DNA of 36,934 bases, counting the filler, from Candidatus Aminicenantales bacterium (lineage in GTDB: Bacteria; Acidobacteriota; Aminicenantia; Aminicenantales; Saccharicenantaceae): NCBI GenBank assembly GCA_049512315.1. It is 8 parts of 8 records of this genome, joined end to end, with 100 filler letters (N's around TTAATTAATTAA, not from the genome) between each part and the next. Parts side by side here need not be neighbours in the genome. Positions count along the whole stretch, not along the records: positions 16,913 to 20,974 come from JBEKXF010000073.1; positions 21,075 to 25,118 come from JBEKXF010000074.1; positions 25,219 to 28,912 come from JBEKXF010000075.1; 5 more parts are not named here. The stretch is one strand, 5' to 3'. The notes beneath the pieces are model-generated. The model saw nothing but the letters and a program-made list of their open reading frames with translations. It was not told where the DNA came from and made no database searches. This document shows, piece after piece, positions 18,296 through 27,561 of the stretch. The translations under genes were made by a program, and so were the position numbers. Numbering within the stretch: the stretch's first letter is position 1; each line of letters starts with the position of its first letter.

Positions 18296-20779
18296 TTACC
18301 TCTTTTCATTAACCGGAAGGTTCATCCGCCGCAGGAGGTCCTGGAAGCGCGGGGTGTTGTGCAGGGTCTCGAAATACCGGTGAAGACTGTTTTCGGGCAT
18401 CTGCGGATCGTGCACCTGGAGACCTTTCTCCAGCCATTCGAGGGCTTGGGCTTCTTCCCCGGCCATCGCATACAGCGACGCAACGTCACTAGGGCCCACA
18501 TAGGTCTTGCGAGCGCGCGCTGCCAGTATGTCCGCCGCGCGCCTCATCACGCCCCGGTAGCCCGATTGCGCGTACCCCTGCGTCAAGGCTTCTTCCATTT
18601 CACGGTCCCCGGCATAGCTCGCCTTCATTTCTGCCAAAGACTCTTCATACCTGGCCTTACGACGGAGGATATCTGAGAGCATCCCGTGCACCCACAAAAG
18701 CCCTGAAGACGTCCTGAGCGCCTTGCGGAGCTGCGCGATGGCCTCATCGTCCCGGCCTGCCATCTCCAACTCCGCACCATGCCAGGCCTGGAAGGTGGCG
18801 TTGAGCGGGTCTAATTCTAAGGCCCGCTGAATCTGCGGCATCGCTTCCTCCGGTCGTTTCATGATTGTCAGGTAGTGCGAGTAAAGTGCCCGGGCATCCG
18901 GATAGTTCGGATTGAGTTCGATGGCTCTCTTGAACTCTACTTCAGCGCCTGCCCAGTCCCATTCGCAGAAGTAGTTAACGGTAGCCAACGCCGAATGCCC
19001 TTCCGCGAGTCTGCTATCCAACTCTACGGCCTTCAGAGCGGCTGCCTTCGCCTTCGGCCCCGCCTCGCGCGGGGCCGTGTAACCCATCTGCTGGCGTCCA
19101 ATCCAGACCAAGGAAATGCCGGCGTAAGCGGGAGCGTAATTCGGGTCTTTCTTCAGCGCCAGCTCGAAGTATTCAAGCGCAGTGTCGATATCCTGTGCAG
19201 TGATCTTGTACCAGTACTGCATGCCCTTGAGATAAGCCTCGTAAGCCTCGGGGTTGACCGGCCGGGCGCTCGTCAGGCGGGTGCGCTCGGTGGATGTGAC
19301 GGTGACGCGGACTTTGTCGGCAATGGCGCTGGCGATTTCGCCCTGCAAAGCCAGCACGCCGCGCAGGTCGCGCTCGTAGCTCTCCGCCCAGAGCTGCTGG
19401 TCCGTGGAGGCTTGAATGAGCTCGGCGGTGATGCGCACCTGGCCGCCCTCGCGCAGCACCGAACCTTCGATCAGGGCGTCCACGTTCAGTTCCTTGGCGA
19501 TCAACGGCAAAGGCTTCTTAGTGCCTTTGTACTGCATCATCGAGGTCCGCGAAATGACTTTCAAAGCGCCGATCTTCGCCAGGTTCGTAATCAGCGCTTC
19601 GGTCATCCCGTCGGCAAAGTACTCCTGATCGGGATCACCGGAGAGATTGGCGAGCGGCAGGACGGCGATGGAATCGATGGCTTGGCCGCGTTTCGGGAAG
19701 ACGAAGAGCGCCGCGAGGACGGCCACGACCATCAGGCCTGCCAACGCCGGGTAGGCGTGGATCTTCTTCATGCCCAGGACCCGGCCGCGAAGGAAGAGCG
19801 AGGCCCCGCTCGCCGGTCTCAAGCCGTCGGCGATCGCCTTGAGGTCCCCGAGCATCTGCTCCATCGTCTGATAGCGGGCGGCGGGTTTCTTCGACAGGGC
19901 CTTGAAAACGAGGTTCTCGAGGCCCGGGGGCAGGTCCTTGCGGAGCTTCGTGAGCCGCTCGGGCTCCTGTTGCAGGATGGAATGGATCAGCGTCTGCTCG
20001 TGATCGCCTTTGAACGGCAGGACCCCGGAGAGCATCTCGTAGAGGACGACGCCGAGGGACCAGATGTCCGTTCGCTGGTCGACCGCCTCCCCTTTCGCTT
20101 GCTCCGGGGACATGTAGGCCACCGTCCCGACCGTCGTCCCCTCCCGGGTCAGCTTGACCTGGCCGGCCAGCTTGGCCAAACCGAAATCGACAACCTTGGC
20201 CACGCCGTCTTGAGTGACCAAGATATTGGCCGGCTTGATGTCGCGGTGGACGATCCCCTTGGCATGGGCCTTGGCCATCCCCGACGCCGCTTGGATGGCT
20301 AGGTCGATTGCTTCATCCGTCTCGAGCGGACCGCGCTTGATCTTGTCCCTCAGGCTGTCGCCCTCGTAACAGCCCATGGCGATGTACATCCGCCCGTCGT
20401 CCGTCTCTCCGATCTCATAAATGGTACAGATATTCGGATGATCGAGAGCCGACGCGGCCCGGGCCTCCTGCGTGAACCTTTCCCTGGCCCCGGGGTCCGA
20501 GGTCCATTGGGCCGGCAGGAATTTCAGGGCGACCGTACGGCCGAGCTTCGTGTCCTCCGCCCTATAGACGACGCCCATACCGCCCCGGCCGAGTTCCTCG
20601 AAGATCCGGTACTTGCCGACGATCAGCGTGCCTTTCTTTAAGGCCTGGACAGGCGTCTCCAGAGTTTTTGTAAGGGAATCGGGAAGCGGACCAGCCTGGG
20701 TGAGCCGTGTCGCACAGGTGCCGCAGAATTGGGAAGTATCAGGATTTTCATAATGACAAGTGGGACACTTGATGGCCAC
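18296..20779 (-). CDS. Hanks-type Ser/Thr protein kinase with N-terminal Zn ribbon, TM helix, TolB-N-like domain and TPR repeats
   Basis: CPTC..CGTC, GRGGMGVVY, VALK, HRDIKPANI, DFG, GTVAYMSPEQ, TM helix, SIAVLPLANLSGDPDQEYFADG and TPRs. GTG start with RBS. Confidence 0.95.
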   Translation of the reverse strand: MAIKCPTCHYENPDTSQFCGTCATRLTQAGPLPDSLTKTLETPVQALKKGTLIVGKYRIFEELGRGGMGVVYRAEDTKLGRTVALKFLPAQWTSDPGARERFTQEARAASALDHPNICTIYEIGETDDGRMYIAMGCYEGDSLRDKIKRGPLETDEAIDLAIQAASGMAKAHAKGIVHRDIKPANILVTQDGVAKVVDFGLAKLAGQVKLTREGTTVGTVAYMSPEQAKGEAVDQRTDIWSLGVVLYEMLSGVLPFKGDHEQTLIHSILQQEPERLTKLRKDLPPGLENLVFKALSKKPAARYQTMEQMLGDLKAIADGLRPASGASLFLRGRVLGMKKIHAYPALAGLMVVAVLAALFVFPKRGQAIDSIAVLPLANLSGDPDQEYFADGMTEALITNLAKIGALKVISRTSMMQYKGTKKPLPLIAKELNVDALIEGSVLREGGQVRITAELIQASTDQQLWAESYERDLRGVLALQGEIASAIADKVRVTVTSTERTRLTSARPVNPEAYEAYLKGMQYWYKITAQDIDTALEYFELALKKDPNYAPAYAGISLVWIGRQQMGYTAPREAGPKAKAAALKAVELDSRLAEGHSALATVNYFCEWDWAGAEVEFKRAIELNPNYPDARALYSHYLTIMKRPEEAMPQIQRALELDPLNATFQAWHGAELEMAGRDDEAIAQLRKALRTSSGLLWVHGMLSDILRRKARYEESLAEMKASYAGDREMEEALTQGYAQSGYRGVMRRAADILAARARKTYVGPSDVASLYAMAGEEAQALEWLEKGLQVHDPQMPENSLHRYFETLHNTPRFQDLLRRMNLPVNEKR

Positions 20780-20807
20780 TGTTGGCCCCCTTCTCTAGCT
20801 TGGCCTC

Positions 20808-20837
20808 AGATTAACAGAGGGATGGGCAGGAAGTCAA
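20808..20837 (-). promoter_or_regulatory. Sigma70-type promoter of kinase 18296..20779
   Basis: TTGACT-18 nt-TAATCT with an extended TG. Confidence 0.55.
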
Positions 20838-20852
20838 CGTGGCATGCCTGAT

Positions 20853-20974
20853 TGTCAAGGCAACGTGAATACTTCCGGTCCTGGGCAACGTGAATCTTTC
20901 CGCTTTTGTCATCACCTAGGGTCTCTCGGGTAGTTCGCTTGCGAACCGGTCTCTGTAAACCTTCCAAGGATGCG
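20853..20974. mobile_element. IS21-family terminal end
   Basis: Starts TGTCAA and carries tandem GGCAACGTGAAT..TTCCG motifs at 20859 and 20884 (25-nt period), typical of IS21 multi-site ends. Lies at the contig edge. Confidence 0.7.
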
Positions 20975-21074
20975 NNNNNNNNNNNNNNNNNNNNNNNNNN
21001 NNNNNNNNNNNNNNNNNNTTAATTAATTAANNNNNNNNNNNNNNNNNNNNNNNNNNNNNNNNNNNNNNNNNNNN
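20975..21074. other. Artificial contig linker
   Basis: N44-TTAATTAATTAA-N44. Confidence 0.98.
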
Positions 21075-21608
21075 AACAACCTCCTGGACATCAGCCGGAT
21101 GGAGTCGGGGAAGGCCAGTCTCGAATTCCAGGACATCTCTCCGCAAATGCTGGTGATGGACGCCCTCGAACCCTACCGGAGGACGGCCCAGGACCAGGGG
21201 GTGACTCTGGTCCTCGATGTCCGGGGAAGCCCGGCCGCTGTCTGGGTCGACCGGTCCAGGGCCGGGTACATTTTCGGGAATCTGCTCACGAACGCGCTCC
21301 AACACACGCCTCCCGGCGGGAAGATCACGGTCTCCGCACGGGAGGAGGAGGATTTCGTGCGCTTCACCGTGACCGACACCGGCACCGGGATCCCGAGTCA
21401 ACACCTGCCGAGGATTTTTGAGCCCTTTTTCCGGGGCCCGGGCCGCAAGAATGAGACCGGCGCCGGGCTCGGGCTGGCCATCGTCAGGGAGATCGTCGAA
21501 GCCCACGGCGGCACGATCGGCGTCGAGAGCCAGGAGGGAAAGGGGTCGACATTCTCCTTCACGCTGAGGCGCGTCGACCGGCACCCGAAAGAGGAGGCAC
21601 GCCCTTGA
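21075..21608 (+). CDS. Sensor histidine kinase HATPase_c C-terminus (kdp-associated); 5' partial
   Basis: LLDISRMESG, N box NLLTNALQHT, G1 DTGTGI, F box IFEPFF and G2 GAGLGLAI. Confidence 0.9.
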   Translation, partial: NNLLDISRMESGKASLEFQDISPQMLVMDALEPYRRTAQDQGVTLVLDVRGSPAAVWVDRSRAGYIFGNLLTNALQHTPPGGKITVSAREEEDFVRFTVTDTGTGIPSQHLPRIFEPFFRGPGRKNETGAGLGLAIVREIVEAHGGTIGVESQEGKGSTFSFTLRRVDRHPKEEARP

Positions 21609-21688
21609 CCGACCTGCTTTTTATTTTGTTAGCACTTATCTTTTTCTGCCTGTGCGATCTCTACGCCGAGGCCTGCGAAAGGCTCTGA
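21605..21688 (+). CDS. 27-aa hydrophobic kdp-associated peptide upstream of kdpF
   Basis: TTG start overlaps the kinase stop (TTGA). Reads MTDLLFILLALIFFCLCDLYAEACERL. Confidence 0.6.
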   Translation: MTDLLFILLALIFFCLCDLYAEACERL

Positions 21689-21690
21689 CC

Positions 21691-21774
21691 ATGGCCGACA
21701 TTATCGGACTCATCATCGGGCTTTTGTTGATTGGCTACCTCTTGATGAGCATTGTGCGGCCCGAAAAATTCTAA
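21691..21774 (+). CDS. kdpF: K+-transporting ATPase subunit F
   Basis: MADIIGLIIGLLLIGYLLMSIVRPEKF has the YL....PEKF signature and lies directly before kdpA. Confidence 0.9.
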   Translation: MADIIGLIIGLLLIGYLLMSIVRPEKF

Positions 21775-21787
21775 GGGCATGATCACC

Positions 21788-23533
21788 ATGGACATCTTCG
21801 GTTGGGTTCAATTGGCGCTCTTCCTGGGAATCCTATTCCTCGTCACGAAACCGCTGGGCCTGTATCTCGTCCGGGTCCTGGAGCCCGAAGGGAAAACCTG
21901 GCTCGACCGTCCCGTTAAGCCTGTTGAACGCTGGCTTTACCGGGTTCTCGGCGTCGACCCGAAAAAAGAGCAGGATTGGAGGCAATACACACGCTCCCTC
22001 CTCGTCTTCAGCCTGGCCGGGCTGCTGTTCACGTACGCCGTACTCCGGCTCCAGCATCTCCTCCCGTTGAATCCCCAGAAATTCGGACCCGTCGGGCCTG
22101 CCCTGGCCTTCAACACCGCGGCAAGCTTCACCACCAACACGAACTGGCAGAATTACGCGGGGGAAACGACGCTCTCCTATTTCTCGCAAATGGTCGGGCT
22201 TGTTTTCCACAATTTTGTCTCGGCCGCAACCGGCATCGCTGCCGCCGCGGCCCTGGTTCGCGGCATCGCCCGGCACTCCGCGAAAACCGTCGGCAATTTC
22301 TGGGTCGACCTCGTCCGGCTCAACCTTTATCTCCTGCTTCCGATCTCCATCGTCTTCTCGCTCTTCCTGACCTCCCAGGGGATCGTCCAGAACTTCAAGC
22401 CTTACGTCGGGGCGGCGACCGTGGAGAGCGCGGCCGGAACCACGGCGGACCAGGCCGCGGCCGTTCAAACCATCGCCCAGGGCCCGGCGGCTTCCCAAGT
22501 CGCCATCAAGATGCTCGGGACAAACGGCGGAGGGTTTTTCAATGCCAACGCCGCCCATCCCTACGAAAATCCCACTCCCCTTTCGAACTTCATTCAGATG
22601 CTTTCCATCTTCCTCATCCCGAGCGGACTCACGTATTACCTCGGGCGGAAGGTCATGAACCAGAAACACGGCTGGGCCGTATGGAGCGCCATGGCCATCG
22701 TCTTTCTGGCCGCGGCCCTCGTTTGCTGGAGGGCGGAAAGCGCCGGCAATCCCCGCCTGCAGGCCCTAGGTGTCGACCCGGCCGGCGGCAATATGGAAGG
22801 CAAGGAGGTCCGGTTCGGCGTCTTCAACTCGAGCCTATTCGCCACCGTCACGACGGCGGCCTCGTGCGGAGCGGTCAACGCCATGCACGACTCCCTCACT
22901 CCGCTGGGCGGGCTGGTTCCCCTCGTCAACATCCAGCTCGGCGAAGTGATTTTCGGAGGCGTCGGCTCCGGGCTGTACGGGATGCTGGTATTTGTGATCC
23001 TAGCCGTCTTCCTTACCGGCTTGATGGTCGGACGGACGCCCGAGTATCTGGGCAAAAAGATCGAGTCCTATGACGTCAAAGTGTCCGTCCTGGCCGTGCT
23101 AATCCTGATCTTCTCGATCCTCGGTTTCTCCGCCTGGGCCGTGGCCAGCCGGCCGGGCCTGGCCGGTTTAGCCAATACCGGCCCGCACGGCCTGAGCGAG
23201 ATCCTCTACGCCTTCTCGTCCGGCACGGGCAATAACGGCAGCGCCTTCGCGGGGCTCAACGGCAACACGCCCTTCTATAACATCACCTTGGCTCTGGCCA
23301 TGCTCTTCGGCCGGTTCATTATGATGGTGCCCGTCCTGGCCCTGGCCGGGAACATGGCCCGGAAAAAGCTCGTCCCGCCGAGCGAAGCGAGTTTCCCCGC
23401 GAGCGGCCCGACGTTCGTCATCATCCTCATCGGGACCGTCCTCATCGTGGGCGCGCTCACCTTCCTGCCGGCCCTGGCCCTCGGCCCCATCGTCGAACAT
23501 CTCCTGATGACCGGATCCGGGGTCCTTTATTAA
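21788..23533 (+). CDS. kdpA: K+-transporting ATPase subunit A
   Basis: [48 protein letters not shown] and NNGSAFAG. Confidence 0.97.
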   Translation: MDIFGWVQLALFLGILFLVTKPLGLYLVRVLEPEGKTWLDRPVKPVERWLYRVLGVDPKKEQDWRQYTRSLLVFSLAGLLFTYAVLRLQHLLPLNPQKFGPVGPALAFNTAASFTTNTNWQNYAGETTLSYFSQMVGLVFHNFVSAATGIAAAAALVRGIARHSAKTVGNFWVDLVRLNLYLLLPISIVFSLFLTSQGIVQNFKPYVGAATVESAAGTTADQAAAVQTIAQGPAASQVAIKMLGTNGGGFFNANAAHPYENPTPLSNFIQMLSIFLIPSGLTYYLGRKVMNQKHGWAVWSAMAIVFLAAALVCWRAESAGNPRLQALGVDPAGGNMEGKEVRFGVFNSSLFATVTTAASCGAVNAMHDSLTPLGGLVPLVNIQLGEVIFGGVGSGLYGMLVFVILAVFLTGLMVGRTPEYLGKKIESYDVKVSVLAVLILIFSILGFSAWAVASRPGLAGLANTGPHGLSEILYAFSSGTGNNGSAFAGLNGNTPFYNITLALAMLFGRFIMMVPVLALAGNMARKKLVPPSEASFPASGPTFVIILIGTVLIVGALTFLPALALGPIVEHLLMTGSGVLY

Positions 23534-23544
23534 AGGAGGATGAC

Positions 23545-25118
23545 GTGCCCGCATCGACCCGCAGTCTTTTTGACCCCGACATCATCGGCGGGGCGGCGCT
23601 CGATGCCGTCAGGAAGCTGAACCCCGTCCACTTGCTGAGGAACCCCGTCATCTTTGTTACCGAGGTCGGCGCCCTGCTGACGACTCTCGGCCTGGTCACG
23701 CGGTCGAAGGGCGAGCCGGCCGGCTTCGTGCTCCAGGTTTCGGTCTGGCTCTGGTTCACCGTCCTTTTCGCCAATTTCGCCGAAGCAATGGCCGAGGGGC
23801 GGGGCAAGGCCCAGGCCAATGAACTCAGGAAAACGAGGACCTGCCTGATGGCCAACCTCTTGAGGCCGGACGGCTCGATGGAACCCGTCCGGGCCGAACA
23901 GCTCCGCAAGGGGGACCTGGTCATCGTCTTGGCCCGCGAGATCATCCCGGCCGATGGAGAGATCATCGAAGGCGCCGCCACGGTGGATGAATCCGCTATC
24001 ACGGGCGAATCCGCGCCGGTCATCCGCGAGGCGGGAGGGGACCGGAGCGCCGTCACCGGCGGGACTCGGGTGCTCTCCGACCGGATCAAAGTCCGCGTCA
24101 CGGCCGACCCCGGCCAGAGCTTCCTGGACCGGATGATCAGCCTCGTCGAAGGGGCGCGGCGCCAGAAGACGCCGAACGAGATCGCCCTGACTATCCTCCT
24201 CTCCGCCCTGACGATCATTTTCCTGGTCGTCATCATCTCCCTGAAACCGTTCGGCCGCTATTCCGGCGTCGACCTGACGTTGACCGTGCTCGTGGCCCTG
24301 CTCGTCTGCCTGATCCCGACGACGATCGGCGGCCTGCTCAACGCCATCGGGATCGCGGGGATCGACCGCATGGTCCAAAAGAACGTCCTGGCCATGAGCG
24401 GCCGTGCGGTCGAAGCCGCCGGGGATGTCGACGTCCTCCTTCTCGACAAGACCGGGACGATCACCTTGGGTGACCGCCAGGCGACGGCGTTTTTGCCGGC
24501 GCCGGGAGTCACGGTCGAAGAAATGGCCAGCGCCGCCCAGCTCGCCTCCCTGGCAGACGAGACGCCCGAGGGACGGAGCATCGTTGTCCTGGCGAAAAAA
24601 TACGGCCTGCGGGGACGGTCCATCTCCGAATGGCCCGGAGCGGCCTTTATCGCCTTCTCCGCCCAGACCCGGATGAGCGGCATCGACTTCGAAGGCCACC
24701 ACATCAGGAAGGGGGCGCCGGACGCGGTCCGGGCCTTCGTCGGGAAGGATCTCTCCGTCGAGGTCCAAGACGCCGTCAGCCAAATCGCCTTCCAGGGCGG
24801 GACCCCGCTCCTCGTCGCCGATGAAATAAGGGTCCTGGGAACGATCGAGCTCAAGGACATCGTCAAGGGCGGCCTGAAAGACCGCTTCGAGCGCTTCCGG
24901 GCCATGGGCATTAAGACCGTGATGATCACGGGCGACAACCCGCTGACGGCGGCGGCCATCGCCAGGGAAGCCGGCGTCGACGATTTCATCGCCGAAGCCA
25001 AGCCCGAAGACAAGCTGGCCCTCATCAGGCGGGAACAATCCGTAGGGCATCTCGTGGCCATGACGGGCGACGGCACGAACGACGCCCCGGCCCTGGCCCA
25101 GGCGGACGTCGGGGTGGC
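23545..25118 (+). CDS. kdpB: K+-transporting ATPase subunit B; 3' partial
   Basis: [20 protein letters not shown], phosphorylation motif DKTGT and [28 protein letters not shown]. Confidence 0.97.
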
Positions 25119-25218
25119 NNNNNNNNNNNNNNNNNNNNNNNNNNNNNNNNNNNNNNNNNNNNTTAATTAATTAANNNNNNNNNNNNNNNNNNNNNNNNNN
25201 NNNNNNNNNNNNNNNNNN
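25119..25218. other. Artificial contig linker
   Basis: N44-TTAATTAATTAA-N44. Confidence 0.98.
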
Positions 25219-25319
25219 TCGGCCAGGAGCTTCGCGGACGCATAGATGAGGGCCGGGACTCTCATCCCTCCCTGCTTCGGAATCTCCCAGACGTAATCGC
25301 CGATCTTCCGGAGCTCCAT
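25219..25319 (-). CDS. rtcB: RNA ligase RtcB, N-terminus (3' partial)
   Basis: MELRKIGDYVWEIPKQGGMRVPALIYASAKLLA matches the archaeal-type RtcB N-terminal pattern (w.ip..g.MrVp..iya...l). Only 33 codons are visible. Confidence 0.75.
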
Positions 25320-25327
25320 CGCGCGCC

Positions 25328-26395
25328 TCACATGTCCACGGCTATATGGGGGGCCTTCGAGGGAGTGTCAACTTTCTGTCGTGTCGGGTCCAGGAATTCG
25401 CCCATGAGCTCCGCCGCCCGGCGCTGCCCTTCTCCCGACGCGTGAAGGTATTTCGCGGTCATGGCTATGCTGCTATGACCGAGGATCTTCGAGACTGACA
25501 CGAGGTCCGCCCCGGCCTCGAGCGCCCTTGACGCGAAGGTGTGGCGGCAGTCATGGAACCTGAAGCCCGTGATCTTGGCCGCAGCGCAGGCGGCACGGAA
25601 CGCCTCGGAGATCCCGGTGACGGTTTGGCCCGGGTCGCCATTCAGGAAGATAAACTCGCCGCGTCGGGGGACCGCGCCCAGGGCCGCGGCAACCGCCCCG
25701 CTCATCGGAACCTTACGAGGCTTCCCGGACTTGGACATGGTGATGGAGATCTGGCCGAGGACGAAATCGACGTCCTTCCACTTGAGGTTGAAGATCTCCC
25801 CTCTTCTCATGCCCGTGCCAAGGGCGACGATGATGATCGGCTTGAGCGTCGGCCCCGCCTCATCGACCAGGCGCCCGGCCTCGTCCTTCGTCAAGAACCT
25901 ATCCCGGGGAGCGGGCTCCTTGAATCGTCTCACTTTGGCCATGGGGCTTGATTCGAGCTTACCCCACTCGACGGCCTTGTTCAAGAGCGTTCGGAGGCAG
26001 GCTAGCTCGCGGTTGACCGTCCCCGGCGCAACCTCGGCCCGGCGCGTGGCCTTATAGCCCTCGACGTCCTGGGCCGTGACGTCGGTCAACCCCTTGCCCT
26101 CGAAAGCGGCCTTGAGGTGGACCAGGCTGATTTCGTCGCGCTCGGGAGCTCGCTTATTCGGGCGGCAGTAGGTCTCGAGGAAGGTGTCGGCGAACGCCGC
26201 GAAGGGCACTACCTCGACCTCGGCCTTCTTAAATCCTCGAGCGATATCGAGCAGATCGGCCTTCATCTTCACGAGCGTATTCCGGGCCTGGGCCAGGGTG
26301 TAGCCGCCGAAGGCCCGGACGCGCTTGCCCTTGAACGTGAAATCGAGCTGCCACTTCCCGTCGATGAGTTTGAGGTTCCGTTCCTTCTTCGTCAT
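25328..26395 (-). CDS. Tyrosine recombinase/phage integrase
   Basis: TVNRELACL, TGMRRGEI, K in SKSGK, HDCRHTFAS, LGHSSIAMTAKY. GGAGGAGG RBS before ATG 26395. Confidence 0.95.
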   Translation of the reverse strand: MTKKERNLKLIDGKWQLDFTFKGKRVRAFGGYTLAQARNTLVKMKADLLDIARGFKKAEVEVVPFAAFADTFLETYCRPNKRAPERDEISLVHLKAAFEGKGLTDVTAQDVEGYKATRRAEVAPGTVNRELACLRTLLNKAVEWGKLESSPMAKVRRFKEPAPRDRFLTKDEAGRLVDEAGPTLKPIIIVALGTGMRRGEIFNLKWKDVDFVLGQISITMSKSGKPRKVPMSGAVAAALGAVPRRGEFIFLNGDPGQTVTGISEAFRAACAAAKITGFRFHDCRHTFASRALEAGADLVSVSKILGHSSIAMTAKYLHASGEGQRRAAELMGEFLDPTRQKVDTPSKAPHIAVDM

Positions 26396-26607
26396 GATCT
26401 CCTCCTCCGACTTTCCCACTCCGCCAACTCTTGCGGCGAGAACGTGACGACGCTCTTATGGCCGCAGCCCGGGCAGCGAAAGGTCACATAAAGCCATCCG
26501 CCCTCGCGCCGCTCGCTGGTCTCGAATCGCACGAGGCACTTCCCACACGAGCGGTCCGTCAAATAGGGTCGGTCCTTCGCGGTGGTCATCGTTCCTTTGG
26601 CGTCCAT
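26392..26607 (-). CDS. Small Zn-ribbon protein (CxxC..CxxC)
   Basis: CGKC and CPGC. Its stop overlaps the integrase start (ATGA). Alternative start at 26589. Confidence 0.65.
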   Translation of the reverse strand: MDAKGTMTTAKDRPYLTDRSCGKCLVRFETSERREGGWLYVTFRCPGCGHKSVVTFSPQELAEWESRRRRS

Positions 26608-26756
26608 GTGTTCTCCTCGCCGAACCAGTCCTCTCGCTGCCTCCTACCGTGCGGCGGCCTCAGCCAGTACCACCGGATACGCAGCCGGGCCCATCGACGG
26701 TGAATGAAATAGGCCCCGGCAGCGAACCCGACAAGAAACAAGGCCGGGTAGATCAT
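26586..26756 (-). CDS. 56-aa single-TM hypothetical protein
   Basis: MIYPALFLVGFAAGAYFIHRRWARLR.. with ATGA overlaps at both ends. Confidence 0.55.
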   Translation of the reverse strand: MIYPALFLVGFAAGAYFIHRRWARLRIRWYWLRPPHGRRQREDWFGEENTWTPKER

Positions 26757-26866
26757 CGACGTCCTCGCCCACGACCAAAGAGGCCAGGGTGTCGCCACTC
26801 GGAAATGAAATCGGCGACGATCGCGCCGAGCAGGAGAACGAAGGACGCGACGAGGACGATGATCAT
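26753..26866 (-). CDS. 37-aa single-TM hypothetical peptide
   Basis: MIIVLVASFVLLLGAIVADFISEWRHPGLFGRGRGRR with ATGA overlaps at both ends. Confidence 0.55.
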   Translation of the reverse strand: MIIVLVASFVLLLGAIVADFISEWRHPGLFGRGRGRR

Positions 26867-27126
26867 TTGCGTCCCCGAACGGCCAGCGGCGACGGGAGCC
26901 CGCGTTTACCCTCCACCCCGCGCCGCGCCTTGTTGTCTCCGAACTCAACGCGGAAAGCCGCGCCACCTCTCGCAAACTTTTGAAGCGCGGACCGGGTGAC
27001 CCGCCAGGACCGCCCGGCGCCGAGCTTGAAAGCCTTGAGCTGACCCGTGCGAATCAACCGGATCACGGTCCCGCGCGAGACCTTGAGAAGCCCGCAAATA
27101 TCCTTGACCGTCATGAAATCATCCAT
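26863..27126 (-). CDS. Excisionase-like HTH_17 DNA-binding protein
   Basis: FMTVKDICGLLKVSRGTVIRLIRTGQLKAFKLGAGRSWRV. GGAGG RBS before ATG 27126. Confidence 0.85.
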   Translation of the reverse strand: MDDFMTVKDICGLLKVSRGTVIRLIRTGQLKAFKLGAGRSWRVTRSALQKFARGGAAFRVEFGDNKARRGVEGKRGLPSPLAVRGRK

Positions 27127-27159
27127 CTTAGCCTCCGCCGTAGTCGTATCTTTATCACT

Positions 27160-27240
27160 CATAATCAACCATAGTTTATCATGATGAATTATGCGAAGTC
27201 AAGCCTTTTCTTTCGGCGGGCTTCATGTTATTCTCCGGTG
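27160..27240. promoter_or_regulatory. Divergent promoters with an imperfect palindromic operator
   Basis: Leftward TTGACT-18-TAAACT (27202..27173) and rightward extended -10 TGtTATTCT (27226..27234). Imperfect palindrome CATAAT..ATTATG at 27160..27193. Confidence 0.55.
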
Positions 27241-27242
27241 AG

Positions 27243-27425
27243 ATGAAAAGGGAATATCTGACTAAGCGGGACCTTCAGGCTTATTTGAAAATCAGCCCGG
27301 CCACGGTGAATCGTTTAATGCTGGAAGGTCTGCCCCACGTCAAATTAAAGCGCCGCGTCCTATTTCGTCTTGATCTCGTTGATAAGTGGCTCGAGGCCCG
27401 GATGGTCCGGGCCAAGAAGCCTTAA
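27243..27425 (+). CDS. Excisionase/AlpA-like HTH_17 DNA-binding protein
   Basis: YLTKRDLQAYLKISPATVNRLMLEGLPHVKLKRRVLFRLDLVDKWLE. Confidence 0.85.
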   Translation: MKREYLTKRDLQAYLKISPATVNRLMLEGLPHVKLKRRVLFRLDLVDKWLEARMVRAKKP

Positions 27426-27561
27426 ATCCCGCCACTCGACCCCTCCGCCCTGGCGTGCGTTCTGCCCTATTCGTCTAATTGAGAAATGAGGAGGCGGAGC
27501 CGCCGACTTCCCGCTTCGATTTTTATCTAGCATCGCCGGACTTACCCGCCTCCCCGCCATG

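Noticed and set aside
18875..20302. Long antisense ORFs (also 30511..31869, 23530..25050, 6564..7346, 9366..10283)
   Set aside because: These are shadow frames opposite well-supported genes in GC-rich DNA, with no recognisable motifs.
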